64,000 bases of DNA. Origin: Phycisphaeraceae bacterium. Its GTDB lineage: Bacteria > Planctomycetota > Phycisphaerae > Phycisphaerales > Phycisphaeraceae. Each line of letters starts with the position of its first letter. Positions within the stretch are counted from its first letter, which is position 1. The stretch covers positions 4,640,001-4,704,000 of the forward strand of contig OY771506.1 of the NCBI GenBank assembly GCA_963674705.1, written 5' to 3'. Below, piece by piece: positions 42,660 through 52,800 of the stretch. Position numbers and translations under genes: made by a program. Below the pieces are notes generated by a model, which made no database searches, was not told the DNA's origin, and worked only from the letters and a program-made list of their open reading frames with translations.

Positions 42660-44246
42660 TCACTCATCATTAACCGTGACCTGGAAAGGTGACGCGGGGA
42701 TACCGCTGGCATCAGTCAGATTGGCAACCGGTGGATTATCAGCCCATGCGTAGCGAACAGTAACGGGCCTTGCTATCTCCTCGTGCCAAACGGAGACTTG
42801 ATTATTACCAGTAACTTCAACATGAGCCCAGCGCCACTTCTGGTCAGCTCCGGCAATCGCGAATCCGCCAATTGGCCGATCGTCCGACGAGATTAGGGCA
42901 CCAGCGTCAACCGAAAATCGCAACTCAACCCGATCGTCAACAATTTTCGCATCTTCAAGTACAGGCCCGTGCCCAACCTTAGGCCCCTCGTAGACTTCAT
43001 CTAAAGCCCAGCGTGCGAGTCGCTCACCCACATCACGCTTATTCTGCGGATGTCCATTTTCAGCATCGCCTAGATCGATCGTCACGGCTAAACCCGTGTC
43101 CGGCAATGATCGAGCAGCTAACCGTTGTGCTTCGCGCAAGGTAGCCCACTCTGAGTCCCCAGGATCGATAGCCACGGGTCTGTAATTCGGCAACTGTACG
43201 ATTCCATAGTAATACTGCTGCTGCCCCCATGCAGACCGCCAGGCTTCTATCATCTTCATCAACATGGGTTGATATCGATCAGCACCACCGACATTGCTCT
43301 CGCCCTGATACCAGACAGCTCCTCGCATCGCAAAAGGTACTATCGGGTAGATCATCGAATCATAAAGACTGCCGGACTGAGATTGTGGCCGTAATGCTAC
43401 CGGCATACGGGGAGGTTGTGGCAGCTTCTTTCCTGCTGCTTCCGCAGCATCTCGATCTTGTTTCCACTGCGCCACCTTTGCTTCATACTCAGACATCATG
43501 CGCGGCTGCTCGCGTTCACGTATCCTGTCACGCTCCCGGGTCGAAGCGAAAGCCTCACCATCTCGGATTACTTCGATCGGCGTCCACGACTCAATTGTGG
43601 TTGCGCCCCACGCACTACTGATCAGACCAACCGGCATGCCCAGTTCTGCTCTCAACTTCAGTCCGTAGTAATACCCCACAGCAGAAAACTTCTCAGCAGA
43701 TTCAGGCGTACATCCCGCCCATGCCCCTACCGCGTCTTCACCACGCTCTACAACATGATTCTCGATACGCAATAAACGTAGCAAGGGATCATCTGCTTTC
43801 GCGACCTCTGCCTCCCCATCCTCGGCATGCGATAAACCGAACTGCATATTCGACTGCCCCGCACACAACCATACCTCGCCAACCAGGACATCCTCACATG
43901 TGAGTATTTTGCCATCACACTCAACCTTGAGCACGCGAGATGATATGCTTGCAGGCATAGGGTCCAGATCGACCCGCCAGCGGCCATCGGCGTTAGCAGT
44001 CGTTTTTTTAAACTGATCCGCAAACGTAACCACAACCTCTTTGCCGGGTTCTGCCGTGCCCCAAATCGGAACGTTGGCATCGCGCTGTAATACCATATGA
44101 TCGCCGATCACCATCGGCAAACCCAGTTCGGCTCGTGCCTGCATAGTAATTGCTGATACTAAAGCAACACCCAAAAAGCCAATGATACGTATCATAAATA
44201 TTACACGAACCGGCATTGCTACTACATAATCTTTCATCATTATCAC
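42660..44246 (-). CDS. Sialate O-acetylesterase family (SASA) esterase
   Basis: DHMVLQR, GEVWLCAGQSNM, WYQGESN, HPQNK, VRYAW. True start may be slightly downstream (e.g. 44195). Confidence 0.9.
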   Translation of the reverse strand: MIMMKDYVVAMPVRVIFMIRIIGFLGVALVSAITMQARAELGLPMVIGDHMVLQRDANVPIWGTAEPGKEVVVTFADQFKKTTANADGRWRVDLDPMPASISSRVLKVECDGKILTCEDVLVGEVWLCAGQSNMQFGLSHAEDGEAEVAKADDPLLRLLRIENHVVERGEDAVGAWAGCTPESAEKFSAVGYYYGLKLRAELGMPVGLISSAWGATTIESWTPIEVIRDGEAFASTRERDRIREREQPRMMSEYEAKVAQWKQDRDAAEAAGKKLPQPPRMPVALRPQSQSGSLYDSMIYPIVPFAMRGAVWYQGESNVGGADRYQPMLMKMIEAWRSAWGQQQYYYGIVQLPNYRPVAIDPGDSEWATLREAQRLAARSLPDTGLAVTIDLGDAENGHPQNKRDVGERLARWALDEVYEGPKVGHGPVLEDAKIVDDRVELRFSVDAGALISSDDRPIGGFAIAGADQKWRWAHVEVTGNNQVSVWHEEIARPVTVRYAWADNPPVANLTDASGIPASPFQVTVNDE

Positions 44247-45808
44247 TCCGGCAGTACCTGCCCGTCATGCAACAGTCGATCACGTAACAGATCGTACTTC
44301 ACTTCTTGAACTGGTATACCCTTGTCGATCGCGAGGTCCGCAGCGGTAGCTGCGCTCTGCCCAAGAATCATGAATACCGGCTCCATGCGGATCGAGCCAT
44401 AGGCAATGTGCGAACTAGACACCGCACACACTACAAACAGGTTTTCACACTCTTCCTGTTTAGGCGTGATCGCGCCGTAATCAATCGGGTAAGGCCCGCC
44501 CGGGTTCACCTGAACGTCCCCCTCGTTACGCACGAATCCATTCGCATCGACGTAACGCTGCACATTATGCGAATCCATGTTGTACGAGCCCATCCCAATC
44601 GGGCGTGGGGTCGGCAGCTTTCGGCGAAGATGATTTTCGTTCACGACTAAGACGCCCACCATCCGCCTCGCTTCACGCACATATATCTGGTAGGGCCAAT
44701 GACCGTTATCGACAAACTCATCTTTTGCCAATCCCCATTCGCTGTACCATGCTCGCACATCCTCTGGTACGCGGGGATCATTCGCCAAAAAGTAACAATA
44801 CCCCATCTGATAGACACGATGTTCTTCAAGAATCTCCCGGCGACGCTCGTAACCCGCCTCGGGATAGTCGTAATTCATACCGATGTTGTCTGTCGAGAAT
44901 GATCCATTGTTGTTCGTATCTGTCTTTCCATTAGGCAACTCGACAAAGCCACCGGTGTAGTGTTTCGATCCTGCAAGCAGATCACGTAACAATAATTCAT
45001 ATTGTGATGGGTCGTACTCAACCGGCTTCGGAAACGGCACGCGATTCTCCGGCACGCGCGTCAGGCACATCCGGTAGTTGTACGCTTGTACACGATGGTC
45101 TGCCTCGCCCTGCTCACCCGGCTTCTCGCTGGATACCCGCGGCAACAAACCGCTATCCGGATCACCCTGCACAACATACGCACTGATATCATTCTTAAAC
45201 TGATGATAAACCGCGTTCTCGTGCTGTACGCCGTTGAGCGTCTCGTTGTATTGGCTATTCGCCTCTCGGCCAACGGTATAACTCACCCCAGCCGCCGCCA
45301 TCAGATCGCCTTCATACGTCGCATCAATATAGACTTTCCCACGATATCGGTTCCCCGACAGCATCGTGATCGATACTATCCGTCCATTTTTCAGCTCTAC
45401 CCCTGCTTCCGGCGTGCGGTTTAACCATTCATCACGACATACAGGGATGTCGTACTCTTTCACCCAATCTTCAAACACGTACTCAGCAACATGCGGCTCA
45501 AACAGCCAGCTTGCCTTGCCCTCATGTCCATAGGCCTTACCGAGCCGTTTGTAAAATTCCAAACTTAGACCACCGACAGCGGACTTCTTCCCTGAATCGG
45601 TCGCACCGAGTCCGCTAGCGCTCATGCCTCCGATATGTTTTTCGGAGCACACGATAACGACATCCAAACCATCTCGACTTGCCTGTACCGCTGCGGTGAT
45701 CGCCGCCGATGTTCCACCGTAGATCACCAGATCATACATATGCTCAGTCTCCGCCATAGCATGTGTTGATATCAGGATGCCCAGTAACACAGCCAGGATC
45801 TGCTTCAT
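44243..45808 (-). CDS. Exported FAD-dependent oxidoreductase (FAD_oxidored-type)
   Basis: Signal peptide; DLVIYGGTSA, IDATYEGDL, YVREARRM, DSH, SIRMEPVFM. Confidence 0.88.
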   Translation of the reverse strand: MKQILAVLLGILISTHAMAETEHMYDLVIYGGTSAAITAAVQASRDGLDVVIVCSEKHIGGMSASGLGATDSGKKSAVGGLSLEFYKRLGKAYGHEGKASWLFEPHVAEYVFEDWVKEYDIPVCRDEWLNRTPEAGVELKNGRIVSITMLSGNRYRGKVYIDATYEGDLMAAAGVSYTVGREANSQYNETLNGVQHENAVYHQFKNDISAYVVQGDPDSGLLPRVSSEKPGEQGEADHRVQAYNYRMCLTRVPENRVPFPKPVEYDPSQYELLLRDLLAGSKHYTGGFVELPNGKTDTNNNGSFSTDNIGMNYDYPEAGYERRREILEEHRVYQMGYCYFLANDPRVPEDVRAWYSEWGLAKDEFVDNGHWPYQIYVREARRMVGVLVVNENHLRRKLPTPRPIGMGSYNMDSHNVQRYVDANGFVRNEGDVQVNPGGPYPIDYGAITPKQEECENLFVVCAVSSSHIAYGSIRMEPVFMILGQSAATAADLAIDKGIPVQEVKYDLLRDRLLHDGQVLPE

Positions 45809-45837
45809 GTGTATTCCTCATATTAACGAGAGAACAA

Positions 45838-46812
45838 TCAGCCTTTAACCGCGCCGAGTTGGATACCTTTGACCAGGTACTTTTGCAATACGACAAACAA
45901 TATGAGCATCGGCACAACCGACAGCGTAATCGCCGCCATCAATACGTTTGTCTGCTGGCCCGACGAAGAGTCGAAGTACAGCAGGCCAACCGGTAGTGTA
46001 TATCGGTGTGTGCTCTTTAGCATTACCAACGGCCAGAAGAAACTGTGGAAGTTGCCGATGAATGTGAAGATCGTCAGCGTGATCAATCCCGGCCGACTAA
46101 GAGGCAGAATCACATCCCAGAACAGTCGCCACTTGCTCGCCCCGTCGATGAGTGCTGCTTCATCAAGCGAACCGGGTATTGTTAGCATGAATTGCCTTAA
46201 CAGGAACGTTCCGAACGCGCTGAACGCAGCCGGCAGAATCAAACCCCAATACGTATCCACCAGCCCGAGCGATATCATCACTTGGTAGTTGGGAATCATC
46301 ATCACCAGCATCGGCAACATCATCGTGCCCAGATACAGGAAAAACACCTTGTCCCGCCCGGGCCACTTCAGCCTTGAGAAGCTGAATGCCGCCATCGAAC
46401 TTGTTACAACTTGGAGATACGTCACGCAAGACGCAACAAACACGCTGTTCCAATACCACCGTGCATAGCTGATCCCCTGAGCTTCTTGCTCCTCGTTCAA
46501 TACAATCAGATTCGTGCCAAACCATTGATTCCATAAACCTTCAAGCCATTCAAGCCTAAGAAGGGGTTTATAGTTCTCCCATCTCAATTCACTTGGCAAC
46601 CACGTATCCAGCCCCACCTCGTTGATTGGCTTCAGACTTGTCAATACCATCCAGATGAACGGCAAAACCATCGTCAGGCTCAACGCCACCAGCAGCAGGT
46701 GCAGCAACGAAACACCCATCAGCTTCGCAGAAGCCCAGGGTTTACGGTAAGTCTTCTCTGACTGAGTCGACTTATTCGAGTTGGATTTAATCGTTGACAA
46801 AACGGTTGCCAA
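45838..46812 (-). CDS. Carbohydrate ABC transporter permease (MalG-type)
   Basis: PFIWM..TSLK, FLLRQF, LDEAALIDGA, TLPVGL, GAVKG. Confidence 0.93.
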   Translation of the reverse strand: MATVLSTIKSNSNKSTQSEKTYRKPWASAKLMGVSLLHLLLVALSLTMVLPFIWMVLTSLKPINEVGLDTWLPSELRWENYKPLLRLEWLEGLWNQWFGTNLIVLNEEQEAQGISYARWYWNSVFVASCVTYLQVVTSSMAAFSFSRLKWPGRDKVFFLYLGTMMLPMLVMMIPNYQVMISLGLVDTYWGLILPAAFSAFGTFLLRQFMLTIPGSLDEAALIDGASKWRLFWDVILPLSRPGLITLTIFTFIGNFHSFFWPLVMLKSTHRYTLPVGLLYFDSSSGQQTNVLMAAITLSVVPMLILFVVLQKYLVKGIQLGAVKG

Positions 46813-48283
46813 ACTTCCAGTTAAACATTGTGATCACAAACACTAGACCAAACAGTGTCCACGTTATCGCTGCGGCGTAGCCTAATCGCCCGGTTTCGAA
46901 GCCTTCGGTGTATACGTAATAACTAAGTGTCGTCGTCGCCCCTGCCGGCCCGCCCTGCGTCATGGTACGCGCCATCTCGAAACCGCCCTGCAGACCATAG
47001 ATCATGCTCATCACCACGATGAAGAACGTAATCGGGGCAAGCTGAGGCCATGTCACATGCCAGAACTTCGCGAACCGTCCCGCCCCATCGATCGATGCCG
47101 CCTCGTACAACTCACCCGGCACATTACTCAAACCCGCCAGGTATAAAAGCATGTTGTTAGATCCGACCGCCGCCCACAAAGCCATGATCATCAACGCAGG
47201 CTTCGCCCATGCCGGGTCGCTCAACCATTGAGGTGGTTCCAAACCGTTGTCGGTTGCCATCTCCGGCAGATGATGCATCACCGATCCAAGTCCGATCAAT
47301 ACAAACATCCCCACCATTAATACCGCCGAAAATATCATCGCCCCGCCAAGTCCTTCATCCGCTGACGCTTTGAACGGCCTATCACCAAACAATAATCCCA
47401 AGATCAATCCTGCGAACAATAATCCAGCCACCGCAAGCAGCAACACACCCGCCGCTAGCACAGGCAGCCAGTTCCACCCCGTCGCAATTGGTATCGTCAG
47501 AAGCACCACCGCGATCAACAGGCCGATCTGTCCAAGATCCCCCTGCCGCCACCAGTCAAATAATCGGTAATAACCAAACGCAAACAACACGATAACTAAC
47601 AGTACCGCCAGCCATAATCCTGCCTGTACCACTCCCGGCGGCAGGCTGTTCACAGCGCTACTCACATTATCCAGCACAGGTGATAACACCGCGTTGATCG
47701 GTCCGCTGTACGGGCTGTACAGCTTCTTCCATAGGATGTACGTTGCCACACCCGCGCAGAAGTGCGGCATATAAAACAGTGTGCGGTACACGGTCGATCC
47801 GCCCATCGTCCCGCCGGTCAATATTAAGCCTACCACGCCGCCGATCAATAACGTCATCGCCGCCACACCGGCGCCAAGCATGGCCAGTATCCCCACGCCA
47901 GAGACAAACACTGCACCGACCACGAGCAACCACTTGCTCCTGCACGATCCCCCATCCAGGTCCTGGCTCAGCAATACTGCCGCCAGCAAAGAACCAGCAA
48001 TGCTGAATGGGATCGCCATCATCAGGAACAGCGTGTTCCCCATGTACTTCCAGAAGTCATCGGAACTCAACAGCCTGCTGAAGTTGTCCAAGCCGACAAA
48101 CTTCAATGGCTCATCACGGAACATGTTGTGCAGCCGCAGGTCCCAGTTACTGAACGCCAGCAAGAGCGACAGCACCAGTGGCAGCAAAGTGAACGCAAGG
48201 AATCCCAGGATATTCGGCGCAAGGAATAACAATCCCGTCGCAACTTCCCGCCGTGATCGTTTTCGCTGGCTTGCTCTACTCAA
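46787..48283 (-). CDS. Carbohydrate ABC transporter permease (MalF-type) with extra membrane segments
   Basis: FVGLDNF, YRTLFYMP, ELYEAASIDGA, TQGGPAGAT; 498 aa. Confidence 0.9.
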   Translation of the reverse strand: MSRASQRKRSRREVATGLLFLAPNILGFLAFTLLPLVLSLLLAFSNWDLRLHNMFRDEPLKFVGLDNFSRLLSSDDFWKYMGNTLFLMMAIPFSIAGSLLAAVLLSQDLDGGSCRSKWLLVVGAVFVSGVGILAMLGAGVAAMTLLIGGVVGLILTGGTMGGSTVYRTLFYMPHFCAGVATYILWKKLYSPYSGPINAVLSPVLDNVSSAVNSLPPGVVQAGLWLAVLLVIVLFAFGYYRLFDWWRQGDLGQIGLLIAVVLLTIPIATGWNWLPVLAAGVLLLAVAGLLFAGLILGLLFGDRPFKASADEGLGGAMIFSAVLMVGMFVLIGLGSVMHHLPEMATDNGLEPPQWLSDPAWAKPALMIMALWAAVGSNNMLLYLAGLSNVPGELYEAASIDGAGRFAKFWHVTWPQLAPITFFIVVMSMIYGLQGGFEMARTMTQGGPAGATTTLSYYVYTEGFETGRLGYAAAITWTLFGLVFVITMFNWKFGNRFVND

Positions 48284-49809
48284 CGATCACCGCCTTCCGT
48301 CGCGTCTTCCGCCCAACCCATCTCGACATAGTACTTGCGGTGGAATGGATTCGTAATCCATTCAAGTGGAACCTTTTGTCCTGCTGCCCGACGCTGATCG
48401 ATTTTCTCCTGAATCTTGCACAGTTCTTCGTATAGAATGCGTCGGCTTTCATTTTCTGTCAGCGATAGCTGTACTTCATCGTTGATCGCCTCGGCCGCCT
48501 CCCGTGCTGCTTTTTCTGATGACGCCATCTGCGGATCTGTCATCACCTTGTCACGCGCATCACTGATCAAGCGAGTCACGGTCACAACCGGGACGAACGG
48601 GCTTTCATCATTGGCAACGCCGAACTTTTCGACCGCTTCGCTGAATACCTCGTGGGTGCCCCATTCGTTCGGATACTTGGCCGGCTTGCGGTACGCTTTG
48701 ATCTGTGCAAATGCGGGATTCGGCGGCAAGGCATCCGCGTCTTCAACGATCTGCATGTTGTAGTCTTCGCTGGCGAGGTAGGACAGGAACAACGACGCCA
48801 GTTCTTTATTCGGGCTCCCTTTGTATACCGCCGCCGCACGCGTGCCTACAAGATTATTGGCATAACCATCTTCTGAATTTGGGAAGTGGCTGACACTTAG
48901 CTGCATCGGCTTTTCAAATTCACGCAGCCGGATCAGCGACCACCGGCCGTTGAAGATCATCCCGTAACGCCCTGTATAAAACATCGACAGCGACGCCCCG
49001 CTGAATCCTGACGCCGCCGACATCGACGCTTCTTCCGCAGCCGATGGCATCAGGTTGTCTACATACACCCACTGCCGCAACCTATCCAAGGCAAACGCAA
49101 ACCGCGGATCGTCCAACGTGCACCGCGTCATCGTTTCATTGAACACACTCAATCCCTGGCTGCGGATCATGTTCAACGAGAACACATAGGCTCGCCAGCC
49201 GGTCGCGCTATCACAAAAGAAAACCATCTGCCTTTCGCCAGGCGTGTTTGCCTTTGCAACGAATTCTCTGCCGATCCGCTCGAACGTTTCGTAGTCCCAC
49301 TCGCGAGGGGGCATCTCGACGCCGAGTTCCTTGAATCGTTCGACATTCACCCAGAAGCAGATGACTGAAACATTGCACGGAAAACCATACTGCCTTCCAT
49401 CACGAACCAATTCCGGCTTCAGCGAAGCGTACGTCTGAGACATATCAAAGCCAAGCCCCTCCGCCTCTTCCGTCATGTCTTCAAGCACGCCCAGCGAGTG
49501 CATCTGTCCGATCGAGCAATCCATGACATCACTGGCGACCCCCGCCACACTCTGCACAAGCTTCTTGGAATTGTCCGATCGACCAATCAGATCCAAACGC
49601 AATTCAACGATTGGCTTCCCGTCTTCCGTGGTGTGGCCGTTTTCAACTAACCACTTTTGGAACTGGTCCCGCTGCCTGAAACGAGCATTACTCAGATCGG
49701 TTGCCCAGTAGATCACAGGCACCTCACTGCGCATATCAGGCTCGGTCATGACCGTCACGGCACCGGCCACAACGAGGATGATCAGAACGAGCAGGAAGAG
49801 ATACTTCAT
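48280..49809 (-). CDS. Carbohydrate ABC transporter solute-binding protein
   Basis: N-terminal anchor, DGRQYGFP, F.ELG..MP..W, FYTGRYGM; ATGA/TTGA-type coupling to the permease. Confidence 0.8.
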   Translation of the reverse strand: MKYLFLLVLIILVVAGAVTVMTEPDMRSEVPVIYWATDLSNARFRQRDQFQKWLVENGHTTEDGKPIVELRLDLIGRSDNSKKLVQSVAGVASDVMDCSIGQMHSLGVLEDMTEEAEGLGFDMSQTYASLKPELVRDGRQYGFPCNVSVICFWVNVERFKELGVEMPPREWDYETFERIGREFVAKANTPGERQMVFFCDSATGWRAYVFSLNMIRSQGLSVFNETMTRCTLDDPRFAFALDRLRQWVYVDNLMPSAAEEASMSAASGFSGASLSMFYTGRYGMIFNGRWSLIRLREFEKPMQLSVSHFPNSEDGYANNLVGTRAAAVYKGSPNKELASLFLSYLASEDYNMQIVEDADALPPNPAFAQIKAYRKPAKYPNEWGTHEVFSEAVEKFGVANDESPFVPVVTVTRLISDARDKVMTDPQMASSEKAAREAAEAINDEVQLSLTENESRRILYEELCKIQEKIDQRRAAGQKVPLEWITNPFHRKYYVEMGWAEDATEGGDR

Positions 49810-49883
49810 GAGCAGTCAGCGTAAGCAATTGCGCGGTGTGGCGTATAAACGGGGTACCGTTCCAAGTGGCTGATGAAAGTTAA

Positions 49884-52800
49884 TCATAGCAGGCTTGTTA
49901 ACCAATCGGCCGTCTCGTCATCGACACCAGAGCGGTCGACCCTTGTATCCCACCCATGCCTGTGTCTGATGGTGGTTGACAGCCTGATTTCCATCGCAGG
50001 CAGCGTGAAGCATGAGCGTTGCACCTGCTCCTGCCTGTTAAGTCGTCCCCAGATCGCAGCCATCGAGAGGCTGCTTTGAGCCGATTGGACTTCTTGTTGA
50101 ACCTGGGCCTGCTGCCGATGTTGCTGCCTCTGGCTAACCGACTGTTGCTGTGTAGTCTGTGTTTGCTGTATCGGTGTATCAATCGTTACAACTGCATCTT
50201 TGTGTTCGGAAGAGTTCGGCACTACTTCCTCCGACAGGCTCGCGCTTTGATCTGCTACAGGCTCCTCAACCAACTCACCGACAACGACCTCCATCACGGG
50301 AGGCAGTTCAACACTATCAGCATATGTAAACCGATTCACGGTCCATAAATCCAAGTCTGCCTGATCGACCATACCATCGTAATTAAAATCAGCGTCTGAC
50401 CAGTTCCCGCTGCTGTTGCGGCTCAGGTTCCACCGATTGAAGTCTGAGCCATCGACACTGCCGGACAGGTTCGCATCGCCATAGAGGGTGTGGCGAATCA
50501 ATACCGCGGTCGCATCAACAGAAACACCCATGAAATCGCCACCGGTTGTACCAAGCACATCTGCGCTCTCTGCATATCCGACCGCCGACTGGATCGCATT
50601 ACCCAAGCTCGTGGTGATCCCGGCACCATCCCATTGACCCGAATTGTAGGCACGTATGATCGTCGACTGGATCGTAGCTAAAGGCGATATTCCGCTATAA
50701 TCAACAATCAAACCATTGTTCATCAGGTCCAGTGTTGCACCTGTGCCCAGCGCCAGAGATTCGACAAGTAACACACCCGATGTCGTATCGGACGAGATGA
50801 TATCTACGTCGCCATTGACGATCAGTGCTCCGATCCGCGATCCGGTAAGGAAATCGATATCAGCCGAAGCGCCAACCGTGACTAAGGGGCCGCCGTTTTC
50901 ACTATCTACAAACAGGGCGAGGCTACCGCTATTGATCGTGATCGAGTCCTCAGCTTCTGCACTCTGGATAGTCAGCGTCTGCCCCGTCATGCCGCTAAGC
51001 GTCACAGCATCTGCACCATACCCACCGCTGACCACGACATCATTGATGTCAGCTAATGCGAAACCGTGTGATACGCCATTACGTGTCACATTCAATGTTG
51101 AGCCTGATGCAGATAAACCCAGTACATCGGCTGCATCTGTACCAACCACGTATAGCGTGCCATCAACCACGAATGCAAAATCACCGGTGCGTGTCTCGTA
51201 CAGGCTCGCGCCGATCGAACGGGCCGCATCGACCATTTCGGTGTAAGGCGTATCCGTGATACTTACGAAGCCGAGGTTGCTGTTGTTGTTATTACTGTTG
51301 AGCTTGCCGGAGGTCGGGAAGTCCCAGTATTGCAGCCAGTGCATGCCGATGTAGCGATCGTCGTTCAATGTATCGAGGGCATAATCGGTGAACTTATCCG
51401 CCCTATTCGCCTGGTCCGTAGCAGTGCGCAAGCCGTCGGACAACAGGCCGGTGTCGTTTGCGCTGTAGTGGTATTCGCTGGCGATCAGGGGGACATCGCC
51501 TTCTAATCCGTTCGGATAATTTGCCGCGTTGGCACTGTATCGGTTGATGCTTACGACATCACAGTACGACATCGCCGCCGCTGCCGCGTTCTCACGTACG
51601 CCGCCCGTGAATCGTGCACCGAGATATAAATGATTGGGAGCCGCTTCTCTCATCGCCTGCTGCGTTGAGCTGAAGTACTGCTCAGCATACAACTGATCGA
51701 ATGCGATCAGGTCCGCCTCGGCTCCAGTCATATTTGGCGTCACGTTACGCTTATTCAGGAAGTCCCCCCACGATGTATAGGATGTCTGCCACTGAGTATT
51801 GAGCGCGGAGATCGTGCCGTATTTTTCCATCAACTGGTCACGGAAGGCGATCTTGGCATACTGCGTTGAACTTGCCGCCAGAGCAGCCAGCCCTGCATCG
51901 ATATCTTCAACCAGTGTCCGCGTCCAGGTAAGCTCATTGTGAATAAAGTATCCGATGTTGTATGAGTCATTCAGACTCTTGCCTGTCTCTTCGTAGATCC
52001 GGTCCTTCACATTCTGCAGATAGGCCGGGTCAAAGTAATCCGGGAACGACCCGTTACCGTTAATCAGCGACGGATTATCCGGAAACAGCACGATCGTGTA
52101 GGGCGTCTTACTTTGCAGATATACATCTTCGTCGGACCAGCCGCCGATGGTGTTAAAGCCCCAACTCTTGAGCCGCTCGTGCGCGATATCCTGTGAGATC
52201 GATTCCCAATCTTCACCGTATTTGGCCAGCGCATTAGCAGCGTAGAAGTTCATCGTCAGCGGGTATGAGCCCTGGTAATAACCGCTGGTGACAATGCTTG
52301 ATTCGACGGTTAGGAATTCAGAAGCAGGATCATTCTCATCGGGCAGATACGTAAAGTAGTCTTCTCGTCCTGACACGCCTGTCTTCACCGCAACGCCGGT
52401 CGACCCTTCTCGATCCGGATCACTCACGCCTGTAATGCCGTTGGAGAAGAACAGGTATCCATCCGGATCGACGAACCACCACTTGCCATCGACCTTGGCT
52501 GTATAGAAGTAGCCCGTCGCTTCGAGTTGTGGCCCGGCAAGCCATCCGCCGTATTCATCCAGATCAGATGCGCCAGGATTTGTCGCAAGGTCTGCCGTTT
52601 CATCGGCAGCCGACTGAACTAACTCTTCCAGTGAATCGATCTTATCTTCCCAGTCCATGTATCGGTACTGCCCGAATTCATCAATGAACGGGAAGAAACC
52701 GCTCGGATACAGCCCGTCGCCAGTCGGTGATTCCGGATTTTCCTGCATCGCAACAATCGTTTGCGGGTTCTGCAAAAGATCCAGCGCCGCAGCATCCGTC

